Positions 35,475 to 44,142 of a stretch of DNA of 64,000 bases are shown in pieces. The stretch comes from Vicinamibacterales bacterium (GTDB lineage: Bacteria; Acidobacteriota; Vicinamibacteria; Vicinamibacterales; SCN-69-37). Position 1 is the first letter of the stretch. Each line of letters begins with the position of its first letter. Both the position numbers and the translations under genes were made by a program. The stretch spans positions 245 to 64,244 of the forward strand of contig DASZOV010000138.1 in the NCBI GenBank assembly GCA_035550595.1, given 5' to 3'. The notes below the pieces were generated by a model that worked only from the letters and a program-made list of their open reading frames with translations, did not search any database and was not told where the DNA came from.

Positions 35475-38140
35475 ACCGCCGCGACTTTCTCCGCGTGGGC
35501 CTGGCGGGAGGCGCGCTCGCGATCGGGCCGCTCGGACGCCGGATGGACGCGCAGTCGAGCGATGTCTGTCTCGTCATCGATCCGGCCGATCCGATCGCCA
35601 ATGCCGCGCCTGTGCGCTGGGCGATCGGCGAGTGGCAGCAGGCGCTCGGCCAGGCGGGCCATCGCGTGCGGCGGGTCGAGCGACTGACCGACGTGCCGGC
35701 GGGCGACGTCTGTGTGATCGCTGCGGGCGCGGCGTCCACGCTCGTCGCGGGCCCGCTCGGAGCCGCGCGCGTCTCGCGTCCGGCCGGCGCTGAGCAGTTC
35801 GTCGTGACGAACGCGGTGGCTGGCGGCCGCGACGCGATCGTCGTGTCCGGCGCCGACGTACGTGGCTTGATGTACGCCGTCCTCGATCTCGCCGAGCGAG
35901 CCTCACGCGCTGGCCGCGCGCCGTCATCGTCGACGTTCGAGACGCCGATCGTGGGGCGGCCCGCCAATCCCGTGCGCAGTGTCATGCGCCAGTTCACGAG
36001 CGAGACGCTCGATCTGCCGTGGTTCCGCGATCGCACGATGTGGCCGTCGTACTTCGCGATGCTCGCGCGCGCACGGTTCAACCGGCTGCACCTGGCGTTC
36101 GGCCTGGGCTACGACGCGCTGCAGCGCGTCGACGACTCGTATGCATTGTTCCTGTATCCGTTCCTGCTCGACGTGCCCGGCTATCACGTGCGCGCGTCGA
36201 ACCTGCCCGATGCGGAACGCGATCGCAACTTGGAGATGCTGCGCTTCATCAGCGACGAAGCCGTCGCACACGGGATCGACTTCCAGCTCGGCGTCTGGAT
36301 GCACGGCTACGTGCTCGCCAACAGCCCGAACGCGCGGTATCTCGTCGAGGGGTTGACGCCGGAGACGCACGCGCCGTACTGCCGCGACGGGCTCACGGCC
36401 GTGTTGCGCGCGTGTCCGTCGATTTCCGCCGTCGGCCTGCGCATCCACGGCGAGAGCGGCATCGCCGAGGGCAGTTACGAGTTCTGGCGCACGATCTTCG
36501 ACGGTGTCCGCCGCGCGGGACGGCCGATCGAGATCGATCTGCACGCCAAGGGCATCGACCAGACGATGATCGATGGCGCGCTGGCCACGGGCCTGCCGGT
36601 CAATCTGTCGCCGAAGTTCTGGGCCGAGCATCTCGGCATGCCGTATCACCAGGCCGCGATCCGCGAGCTCGAGATGCCGGTCGCTGGCCACCGCGGCGCC
36701 GGACTGATGACGCTCAGCGAAGGCGCGCGCGTCTTCACGCGCTACGGCTATGCCGATCTGCTCCGCGCGGATCGCGCCTACACGGTCCGTCATCGTGTGT
36801 TCTCCGGGACGCAGCGAATGCTGCTGTCGGTCGATCCGGAATGGACCGCCGCCTACGCGCGGCGATTCCAGTTCTGCGGGTCGACCGGCGCGGATCTGAT
36901 GGAGCCGCTCACGTGTCGCGGTCGGCGCGGCTCGGGCGCGATCGGCGGACGGCGCGACGGCTACATCGACTCGTCGCTCACGACGCGGTGGGATTGGGAA
37001 AAGTACGCCGATTGGTATCGCACGTGGGGACGGCTGATGTACGAGCCGGACGCCGCGGCCGACGTCACACGCGATGCGTCATTGCCGGCGGCCGCCGTAT
37101 CAGCCCTCGCAAAGGCGAGCCGTCTCTTGCCGATCGTGACGACGACGCACCTGCCGTCGGCGGCATGCGACGCGTACTGGCCGGAGATCTACTGGAACCA
37201 GCCGATGGCCGCCGAGCCGCGGCCGAATCCGTACGGCGATACGCCGTCGCCGAAGACGTTTCCGTTCGTCAGTCCGCTCGATCCGCAGTTGTTCGCGTCG
37301 ATCGACGAGTGGGCGGGCGCGCTCCTGTCGGAGGAGCGCAGCGCGAAGTATTCGCCCGTCGACGCTGCTCGCTGGCTCGAGGCGCTGGCATCGGGCGCCG
37401 AGCGTGACCTCTCGCGAGCCGGGGCGCCGAAGACGCCCGACGCGCGTCGTCTGGCGATCGACGTCGCGATCCAGATCGCCCTCGGGCGCTTCTTCGCGGC
37501 GAAGTTCCGTGCCGGCGTGCTGTATGCGATCCACGTGCAGACCGGCGATGCACGCGTCTTCGAAGAGGCGATCACGGCCTATCGACGCGCGCGTGCGGCG
37601 TGGGCGGCGGCGATCGAGCGCGCGGCAGGCGTCTACGCGGCCGACTTGTCGGTCAGCGATCGATTCTCCGAGCGCGGTCAGTGGCGCGATCGGCTGGCGG
37701 CGATCGACGCGGACATCGCGTCGCTCACGCGGCAGCCTCCACCCGCACCCGGCGTTGAGGCGAGCGTCGTCGAGGCGGCCGTCCGCGCGGCGCTCGACAC
37801 GGCGGCACCGCCATCGCCGTCGTGTACGCACACGCCTCCCACGCGGCTCGTCCGTGGTGTCGCGGTGCCGCTCGCGCTCGACGTCGGCGCTGGACACCGC
37901 GTCGCGCAGGCGATCGTGCACTATCGTCACGTCGATCAATCCGAGCGCTGGCAGCAGGCGCCGATACAGGTCGACGGACGCACGTGCCGCGGCACGATCC
38001 CGGCCGCGTACACGGACTCGCCCTATCCGCTGCAGTACTACTTCGAGGTGCGCGAGGGACCGACCCGCGCATGGCTCTGGCCTGGACTGACCTCGGCGCT
38101 CACTGGGCAGCCGTACTACGTCCTCGAAGTTAGAAGGTAG
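35471..38140 (+). CDS. 889-aa Tat-signal protein of unknown function; the middle part looks like a glycoside-hydrolase-type TIM barrel (weak call)
   Basis: GTG start then NRRDFLRVGLAGGALAIGP (twin-arginine). N-domain resembles GH20b/GH67-N-like modules (…DAIVVSGADVRGLMYAVLDLAER). C-terminal motif ...SPYPLQYYFEV.... The ORF-track start at 34694 is rejected. Confidence 0.6.
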   Translation: MNRRDFLRVGLAGGALAIGPLGRRMDAQSSDVCLVIDPADPIANAAPVRWAIGEWQQALGQAGHRVRRVERLTDVPAGDVCVIAAGAASTLVAGPLGAARVSRPAGAEQFVVTNAVAGGRDAIVVSGADVRGLMYAVLDLAERASRAGRAPSSSTFETPIVGRPANPVRSVMRQFTSETLDLPWFRDRTMWPSYFAMLARARFNRLHLAFGLGYDALQRVDDSYALFLYPFLLDVPGYHVRASNLPDAERDRNLEMLRFISDEAVAHGIDFQLGVWMHGYVLANSPNARYLVEGLTPETHAPYCRDGLTAVLRACPSISAVGLRIHGESGIAEGSYEFWRTIFDGVRRAGRPIEIDLHAKGIDQTMIDGALATGLPVNLSPKFWAEHLGMPYHQAAIRELEMPVAGHRGAGLMTLSEGARVFTRYGYADLLRADRAYTVRHRVFSGTQRMLLSVDPEWTAAYARRFQFCGSTGADLMEPLTCRGRRGSGAIGGRRDGYIDSSLTTRWDWEKYADWYRTWGRLMYEPDAAADVTRDASLPAAAVSALAKASRLLPIVTTTHLPSAACDAYWPEIYWNQPMAAEPRPNPYGDTPSPKTFPFVSPLDPQLFASIDEWAGALLSEERSAKYSPVDAARWLEALASGAERDLSRAGAPKTPDARRLAIDVAIQIALGRFFAAKFRAGVLYAIHVQTGDARVFEEAITAYRRARAAWAAAIERAAGVYAADLSVSDRFSERGQWRDRLAAIDADIASLTRQPPPAPGVEASVVEAAVRAALDTAAPPSPSCTHTPPTRLVRGVAVPLALDVGAGHRVAQAIVHYRHVDQSERWQQAPIQVDGRTCRGTIPAAYTDSPYPLQYYFEVREGPTRAWLWPGLTSALTGQPYYVLEVRR

Positions 38141-38262
38141 AGCGTGTTTCAAAACCGAAAAGACGCGCCGAAGGCGCCCCATTAACTTCGAACTTCGAAG
38201 TTCGAAGTTCGAACTTTTGCCATGCACTCTTAGAAGCCAGGAGCCAGAAGTGGGTTCTGGCT
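38141..38262. repeat. TTCGAA/GAAGCCAG-family repeat between convergent genes, containing a perfect 26-bp palindrome (38184-38209) and hairpin GCCAGAA-N5-TTCTGGC
   Basis: AACTTCGAACTTCGAAGTTCGAAGTT equals its own reverse complement and is followed by CGAACTTTTG. Related words occur at 1760-1797 and 3485-3560. Confidence 0.6.
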
Positions 38263-39048
38263 TCAGCCGTGCGATGCCCCAGCGACGGGCTCGTCGTCGC
38301 GCAGCGCTTCGGATTCCTGTTCGGCCTCGGCGGCGAGCAGGTGTTCCTGCATGATGTGCTCGGCTTGCGCGCGATCGCGATCGCGAATGGCCTGATAGAG
38401 CTGACGATGGAGCGTCGCGGCGGTCGTGGCGTGTTCGCGGCCGTTGATGTCGCGCATGCGGAGGCGGAGCGCGAGCTCGCGCGCGAGCGACGCGCCCGAC
38501 ACCATCTCGACGAGTGAGGCGAGGATCGGGTTGCCCGACGCCACGGCCACCGCACGATGGAAGCGGATGTCGTGCCGATGGAACGCCTGCGGGTCGTCGA
38601 TCGACGCGAACATGCCGGTGACTTCATCGGAGATCGCAGCCAGGTCGTTACCCGTCGCGCGTTGGGCCGCCATGCCCGCCACGCCAATCTCGAGCGTACG
38701 GCGCGCCTCGAACATCGCGTGCCGCGTGAACCCGTGCAGGGCGGCCTGGAATCGCAGCGGCTCGCTGTCGAGCATGGGCGGACCGTCGGCCACGAACGTG
38801 CCCGCGCCATGGCGGATGATGAGCACGCCCTTGGCCGCCAGCGCGCGCAATCCCGTGCGCACGCTCGTACGGCTGACGCCGATCTCGGCCACGAGCGATC
38901 GTTCCGGCGACAGCCGCTGGCCGGGCCGGAGATCGCCCCGCAGGATCAAGTCGCTCACGTGGCGCACGACGCGCTCAGTGGCGATGCCTTCATCAGGCCT
39001 GGCGGACGGTGACGAGTTCGGCTTCTTCAACGGGCGTGGAGAGGGCAT
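38263..39048 (-). CDS. GntR-family (FadR/FCD subfamily) transcriptional regulator
   Basis: wHTH: LSPERSLVAEIGVSRTSVRTGLRALAAKGVLIIRHGAGTFV. All-helical FCD-like C-domain with His residues (…FHRHDIRFHRAV…). Confidence 0.85.
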   Translation of the reverse strand: MPSPRPLKKPNSSPSARPDEGIATERVVRHVSDLILRGDLRPGQRLSPERSLVAEIGVSRTSVRTGLRALAAKGVLIIRHGAGTFVADGPPMLDSEPLRFQAALHGFTRHAMFEARRTLEIGVAGMAAQRATGNDLAAISDEVTGMFASIDDPQAFHRHDIRFHRAVAVASGNPILASLVEMVSGASLARELALRLRMRDINGREHATTAATLHRQLYQAIRDRDRAQAEHIMQEHLLAAEAEQESEALRDDEPVAGASHG

Positions 39049-39320
39049 GAACGTGGCGACATGGCCAATCGAATATTAGACCCGAACCGCGGCGACGTCT
39101 CGGAACCGGCCAGCGCCACGCGCGCGGCGCCAACCCGACCTCGAGTGGACCGGTCGGACCTTCAAGTCGAATAGATCATACCACAGCGTGATCTTCGGAC
39201 TGACAGCCGACACGACTCGTGACTCGACGGCGTCGCCGGATAGCGAGATTGAGGCCGTTGGGTCGTGTATCGAATGCACAACCGGCGCGACGGCCAAGCG
39301 CCGGCCGATGGTGATATGAG

Positions 39321-39370
39321 TTGTCATTGGTAGAACCACAAGTATTCTAAATATACATGAGGACTGATAT
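39321..39370 (+). promoter_or_regulatory. candidate promoter (TTGTCA-N16-TATTCT) with a TGGT-N3-ACCA box (39328-39338) and an ACTGATAT half-site (39363-39370)
   Basis: This is the only AT-rich patch of the 390-bp gntR / TIM-barrel divergent region. The boxes resemble the ACTGGTAT operators at 50744 and 54914. Confidence 0.35.
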
Positions 39371-39438
39371 GATGACGGCTTCATTCGGGTGTCGACGACG
39401 CCCGACGCGACGCCCTTGCCGGCGTCAGGGAGGCCGGA

Positions 39439-40395
39439 ATGCGGTACACACGCCGTGAGGTCGGGAAGCTCGCGCTGATGGGTCTGCCAGGCGCCGCATG
39501 GTTGGCGCGCTCACCACTACTACTTGCCGCGCAGGCCGACGCCAAGCCGAACTCGCGCTGGGCGGGCGTCGACATCGGCATGAACGTCCCCTACAACTTC
39601 GATCACAGCAACCGGATGAGCGGCGACGAGGTGCTCCGTCGATGCCTGCAACTGGGCGCCAGTGTCGTCGAATTGCGGTCGCAGCCGGTCGAGGCGTTCA
39701 TGGGCGCGCCCGCGCCGGTGTCGGGCGGTGGGCGCGGGATGACGGCCGAGCAACGCACGGCCAGAGACGCGGCGGCCGCGGCGCTCGACGCCTGGCGGAA
39801 GTCGGCGCCGATGGATCGCGCGCGCGCGTTTCGCCAGCAGTACGAGGCAGCCGGCGTGCGGATCGCGATCGTCAAGTTCGACGGCATCTTCGCCATGTCG
39901 GACGACGCCGTGGACTACTGTTTTGCGCTGGCGAAGACGCTGGGCGCGCGGGCGATCTCCTGTGAGATCTCGGTGCCCGACACCAAGCGCCTCGGACAGT
40001 TCGCCGACAAGCACCGGATGATGGTCGGCTATCACGGCCACGACGATACGACGCCCGCCGATTGGGAACAGGCGTTCCGCTACGCAAAATACAATGGCGC
40101 GAACGTCGACCTCGGGCATTTCGTGAGCGGCAACGACACGTCGCCCATCCCGTTCATCACCGGGTACCACGACCGCGTCACGCACGTACACGTGAAGGAC
40201 ATGAAGATGCACCGCGGCCCAGCCGTGCCGTTCGGCGAGGGCGACGTGCCGCTGAAGGAAGCGCTTCAGCTCATTCGCGATCGGCACTGGCCGATCCCCG
40301 GCATCATCGAATTCGAATACCGCGTGCCCGCGGGCTCGACGGCCATGGAAGAGATGGCCAAGTGCATGGCGTACACGAAGGCCTGCCTGGTCTGA
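39439..40395 (+). CDS. exported xylose-isomerase-like TIM-barrel (sugar phosphate isomerase/epimerase family) protein
   Basis: GGAGG lies 5 nt upstream. Tat-like N-terminus MRYTRREVGKLALMGLPGAAWLA...AAQA. Motifs VELRSQ..., GYHGHDD, VHVKDMK and IIEFEY are typical of AP_endonuc_2 barrels. Confidence 0.8.
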   Translation: MRYTRREVGKLALMGLPGAAWLARSPLLLAAQADAKPNSRWAGVDIGMNVPYNFDHSNRMSGDEVLRRCLQLGASVVELRSQPVEAFMGAPAPVSGGGRGMTAEQRTARDAAAAALDAWRKSAPMDRARAFRQQYEAAGVRIAIVKFDGIFAMSDDAVDYCFALAKTLGARAISCEISVPDTKRLGQFADKHRMMVGYHGHDDTTPADWEQAFRYAKYNGANVDLGHFVSGNDTSPIPFITGYHDRVTHVHVKDMKMHRGPAVPFGEGDVPLKEALQLIRDRHWPIPGIIEFEYRVPAGSTAMEEMAKCMAYTKACLV

Positions 40396-40397
40396 AC

Positions 40398-40426
40398 GCG
40401 ACCGCCGGCCATCGGCCGGCGGTCGC
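40398..40426. terminator. bidirectional terminator hairpin GCGACCGCCGGCC-ATC-GGCCGGCGGTCGC
   Basis: Perfect 13-bp stem with a 3-nt loop in the 44-bp gap between convergent stops (40395 and 40440). Confidence 0.6.
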
Positions 40427-40439
40427 GCGTGTCTGGCGG

Positions 40440-41855
40440 TTATTTCCGCCCCGGCGTCGATGCCGGGGCGGGGCGGGCAGCAGGATGGACGGCCAGCACC
40501 TCGGTGACGGCGTCCTCGAACACGTTCAGTGACTCACGCAGAGCCGCCATCGGGATCGTCAGCGGCGGAGAGATCTTCAAACATTCGCCGGCGATGCCGA
40601 CCGGCGCGAACATCAACAACCCCTTCTGATAGCACGCGACGTTGATCGCGAGCGCGAGCGCCGGGTTCGGCTCGTTCGTCCCGGGTTTGACCACCTGGAT
40701 GCCGGCGACGAGCCCGCGTCCGTGGAAGCAGCCGAGCACGCGGCGGTGCCGCTGCTGGATGCGGCGCAGCCGATCGCACAGGACGGTGCCGAGCCGGGCG
40801 GCGCGCGTCGCGAGCCGTTCCTTGCGGATGATCGTGAGATTGGCGATGGCCGCCGCGACGGCGAGCGGAGACGCCGAATGCGTCGAGGTCATCGACCCGG
40901 GGCGATAGAGGCTCATGATGTCGCGACGGCCGATGACGGCCGAGAGCGGCAGCGAGCTCGTGATGCCCTTGCCGCAGGCGACGAGATCGGGCGTGATGCC
41001 GTAGTGCTCGTACATGAACATCCGGCCGGTCCGTCCGAAGCCGGACTGCACTTCGTCGACGATGAGCACGATGTCGTGCCGACGGCAGAAGGCTTCGAGC
41101 GCCCGCGCGTAACTCACCGGCAGGAAGTCGGGGCCGACGCCCTGATAGGCCTCGGTCAGCACGCCCGCGATGTCGGCGGGCCGGATGCCGCGCGCGCGCA
41201 ACGCCGCGAGAAACGACGAGAACGACGTGTCGGTGTTCTTGTACCCGTCCGGGAAGGGGACCTGCACGAAGGTCCGATCGCGATCGACCATCCACGTCTT
41301 CTGCGACTCTTCGCCGCCGGCGAGCTGCGCGCCCATCGTGCGGCCGTGGAACGCGTGCACGAACGAGACGAGATACTTGCGGCGCCGGCCGTGGCGCGTG
41401 AGCGCATACGTCTTCGCCAGCTTGATGCAGTTCTCGACGGCCTCGCTGCCGGTGCTGAGGAGAAAGACCTGATAGCGCGCGGGATCGGGCGAGAGCTCGC
41501 GCAGCATGCGCGTCAGCACCGCACGGTCCTCGTGCGGAAAGACGTACGTCGCGAGGAGTGGCCGCTTCAAGTACGCCTTGAGCGCCGAGACGATTTCCGG
41601 CCGGCCGTGTCCGGCGTTCGTGATGAGCACGCCCGACGACCAGTCGATCCAGCGGTTGCCCCAGCGGTCGCTGACGGTGCACCCGCTCGCGCTGTGCCAG
41701 ACGATGGGCGGTTGGCCGGCCATCGAGCGCGGCTCGGATCGCCGAAGCTCTTCGAGGATCGGCAGCGACTCGGGGACGGGGAGCGGCGTGCGAATCCGCC
41801 GGAAGGGCGTGCGCACGCGGGGGACGGCAACGGGCGTGAGGTCGTAAGTAGCCAT
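40440..41855 (-). CDS. class-III (omega/acetylornithine-type) PLP aminotransferase
   Basis: STGSEAVENCIKLAK, DEVQSGFGRTGRMF and the PLP-lysine context ACGKGITSSLPLSAV. Starts 7 nt after the Gfo/Idh/MocA stop. Confidence 0.85.
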   Translation of the reverse strand: MATYDLTPVAVPRVRTPFRRIRTPLPVPESLPILEELRRSEPRSMAGQPPIVWHSASGCTVSDRWGNRWIDWSSGVLITNAGHGRPEIVSALKAYLKRPLLATYVFPHEDRAVLTRMLRELSPDPARYQVFLLSTGSEAVENCIKLAKTYALTRHGRRRKYLVSFVHAFHGRTMGAQLAGGEESQKTWMVDRDRTFVQVPFPDGYKNTDTSFSSFLAALRARGIRPADIAGVLTEAYQGVGPDFLPVSYARALEAFCRRHDIVLIVDEVQSGFGRTGRMFMYEHYGITPDLVACGKGITSSLPLSAVIGRRDIMSLYRPGSMTSTHSASPLAVAAAIANLTIIRKERLATRAARLGTVLCDRLRRIQQRHRRVLGCFHGRGLVAGIQVVKPGTNEPNPALALAINVACYQKGLLMFAPVGIAGECLKISPPLTIPMAALRESLNVFEDAVTEVLAVHPAARPAPASTPGRK

Positions 41856-41862
41856 AGAGACG

Positions 41863-43152
41863 TTACGGTCGGCGGACGGACGCGGGCTCGTCGTACACGA
41901 TCGGCACGAGGACGCCGTCGTTGACGATCGAGCGCCGCGCCGCTTCGATGACGAGTTCGTTCGTCGATGAGTTGGCCGGCGTGGCGAGCAGGCCCGCGGC
42001 GTCGATGGCTGCCAGTCGTTTGCGCCGCTCCTCGATCGCGGCTGATGACGTCAGGTCGGCGAGGCCGTGGTCGACGTGGCGGGCCGCGCGGACGTTGGCG
42101 GCAATCGAGTCGTACCCGTAGCCGATCGGCCGATAGCCGGAGCCTTCCCACGGCACGAGTTGAAAGAAATCGGGGCTGACGTACCGGTAGCGCACGCCGC
42201 CGGTCGACACCGACGCGTATCGGACGCCGCGTTGATGGTCGTCATGATCGATGAGGCCCGTGGCGTCCGCGCCCTCGCAGTACATGACGAGTCCCTGATC
42301 GTTCATGCCGGCCGCCGCGTCCGGGTAGCCGAGGCCGTCGGTCACGGTGAGCATCGCACCGTTCTCGTAGCGGACGCGTCCGCTCGACCAGAGATAGCCT
42401 TCCTGGCCATTGGGAAACGCGCGCCGCACGCCGTCGACCGAGACGCTCGTCGGACGCAGTCCCGTGATGAACGACACGAGGTCCACGTAATGGCAGCCGA
42501 CATAGGTGAACGGGTCGGTCGCCTCGCAGGTGAACCACGTCTGGAAATTCGAGTGCCGATAGTAATACGGCTCGTAGAGCCGCGCTTCGCCCATCATGAA
42601 CTCGCCGAAGCGTCCCTCGCGGTACGCGCGCCGGGCGACGAGCGCGCGCCGGTCGAAGCGCTTGTGGTACTCGACGCCGACGAAGAGACCGCGGTCGCGC
42701 GCGAGATTCGCAATCTCGATCGCCTCGGCGTGACGAAGGACGAGCGGCTTGACGCACAAGACGTGCTGCTCGTGAGTCAGCGCCTCGCGGACGACCGTAT
42801 AGTGCAACGCATCGGGCACGGCGACGATGACCATCTGCCGCGGCGCGAGTGACGCGATGACGTCGCGATACAGATCGGGATACGGCGCCTCGGGTGGCGT
42901 CGACAGCGACGGGTGCGCCTCGAAGGTCGATCCCGGGAACGCGCGCGCGAGGTCCGGATGCGACTGGAGCGCGCGAAGCGGCTCGCTCGTACGCGCGGAA
43001 ATCAGGATCCGTCCGACGCGACCCGTGCGCTGCAAGTGATAGACGGACGGCAGAATCAGATCGGCGGTGATCATGCCGCCGCCGACGATGAGGATGTCGA
43101 ACGGCGCCGCGGACGGGGCGGCGCCAATGGGCTCGCTGCTGACGTCGGTCAT
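41863..43152 (-). CDS. Gfo/Idh/MocA-family NAD(P) oxidoreductase
   Basis: Rossmann N-terminus FDILIVGGGMITADLILPS...ISARTSEP and a C-terminal alpha/beta domain. ATG 43152 overlaps the TGA of the upstream TIM-barrel gene (ATGA). No signal peptide. Confidence 0.8.
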   Translation of the reverse strand: MTDVSSEPIGAAPSAAPFDILIVGGGMITADLILPSVYHLQRTGRVGRILISARTSEPLRALQSHPDLARAFPGSTFEAHPSLSTPPEAPYPDLYRDVIASLAPRQMVIVAVPDALHYTVVREALTHEQHVLCVKPLVLRHAEAIEIANLARDRGLFVGVEYHKRFDRRALVARRAYREGRFGEFMMGEARLYEPYYYRHSNFQTWFTCEATDPFTYVGCHYVDLVSFITGLRPTSVSVDGVRRAFPNGQEGYLWSSGRVRYENGAMLTVTDGLGYPDAAAGMNDQGLVMYCEGADATGLIDHDDHQRGVRYASVSTGGVRYRYVSPDFFQLVPWEGSGYRPIGYGYDSIAANVRAARHVDHGLADLTSSAAIEERRKRLAAIDAAGLLATPANSSTNELVIEAARRSIVNDGVLVPIVYDEPASVRRP

Positions 43153-44033
43153 GCGTGACGACTCATGTAGTCGAGAAAGCGGCGCGCGCACGCCGTCAGC
43201 CGGTCCCGTGAGCCGCCGCCGACGAGGGGCGAGCACATCTCGTAGGACACCCAGCCGTTGAATCCGCCTTCGCGGAGCGCGCCGAAAAACGCGTCGTAGG
43301 GAAGATCGCCGTCGCCCATGGGCACGGCCCGAACGGACGGCGGTTCGCGCGGCACGTAGTTGACCGCCGCCGGCACGTACTGCCAGCGCGGCAGCACGAT
43401 GTAGTCGGCTGCCGTCGTCATGGCCATGCGCGGCGCCAGCGCACGCGCGTGGGCGACGACGTCCTCGCCGCGAAGCGTCGGGGACCAGCAGTCGTACATC
43501 AACGCGAGGTTCGTCCGATCGACCTCGTCGGCGAATTGCACGTACGCGCGCGTGTCGACCGCGAGGTCGTGATGATTCTGCAGCCCGATGCGAACGCCGA
43601 ACGGCGCGGCACGATCACAGCAGGCGCGGATGGCATCGAGCGTACGCTGCCACAGCGTCGTGACGTTCGATGCGGTGTGCTCGAATGACGTGAAGACGCG
43701 GACGAGATCGGAGCCGAGGGCGGCCGCGCGCGCCGCCAGATCGGCGACGTAGGCGACCTGCACGTCAACGAGGGGAACTTCCGCGTCGGGCGCCAGCCCG
43801 AAGTCGGTGTACGCGGCCACGGCAGCGACGCCGAGACCGCGCGTCTCGAGACGGTCACGCAACCGGCGACAGTCGTCGACACTGTAGTCGAGTGGCGACA
43901 GGTGCGGACGCTTGCCCATGATCTCGACGCCGTCGTAGCCAAGAGCGGCAGCGAGATCGATGGACTCGTCGAGCGTCAGCCGGTCCTGACCCCAGAAGCC
44001 GGCGAACGAGACGGTGAAGAGGGCGGTGTGCAT
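43149..44033 (-). CDS. cytoplasmic xylose-isomerase-like TIM-barrel protein
   Basis: MHTALFTVSFAGFWGQDRLTLDESIDLAAALGYDGVEIMGKRPH..., ...IGLQNHHDLA..., ...WVSYEM. Start at internal ATG 44033, because the upstream ORF extension is Arg-rich. Confidence 0.8.
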   Translation of the reverse strand: MHTALFTVSFAGFWGQDRLTLDESIDLAAALGYDGVEIMGKRPHLSPLDYSVDDCRRLRDRLETRGLGVAAVAAYTDFGLAPDAEVPLVDVQVAYVADLAARAAALGSDLVRVFTSFEHTASNVTTLWQRTLDAIRACCDRAAPFGVRIGLQNHHDLAVDTRAYVQFADEVDRTNLALMYDCWSPTLRGEDVVAHARALAPRMAMTTAADYIVLPRWQYVPAAVNYVPREPPSVRAVPMGDGDLPYDAFFGALREGGFNGWVSYEMCSPLVGGGSRDRLTACARRFLDYMSRHA

Positions 44034-44061
44034 TGCGGTACCTGAGCGGCGACCCGCTGGT

Positions 44062-44102
44062 CGTACGGCCGGGCCCCGCCACGCGGGAAACCCGGCCGTA
44101 CG
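44062..44102 (-). promoter_or_regulatory. intercistronic stem-loop (12-bp outer stem CGTACGGCCGGG/CCCGGCCGTACG plus an inner 5-bp stem)
   Basis: Lies in the 109-nt gap between the TBDR-1 stop and the TIM-barrel start. Possible attenuator or RNA-processing/stability element. Confidence 0.4.
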
Positions 44103-44142
44103 GCCGAACGGTGAGAGGACGCGGTTCGATCGCGCCCGTGCC

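Noticed and set aside
39076-39384. A 102-aa ORF on the minus strand inside the gntR / TIM-barrel intergenic region.
   Set aside because: It has no RBS and an odd composition. It spans the AT-rich promoter patch and would overlap the predicted regulatory boxes, so it is most likely non-coding.
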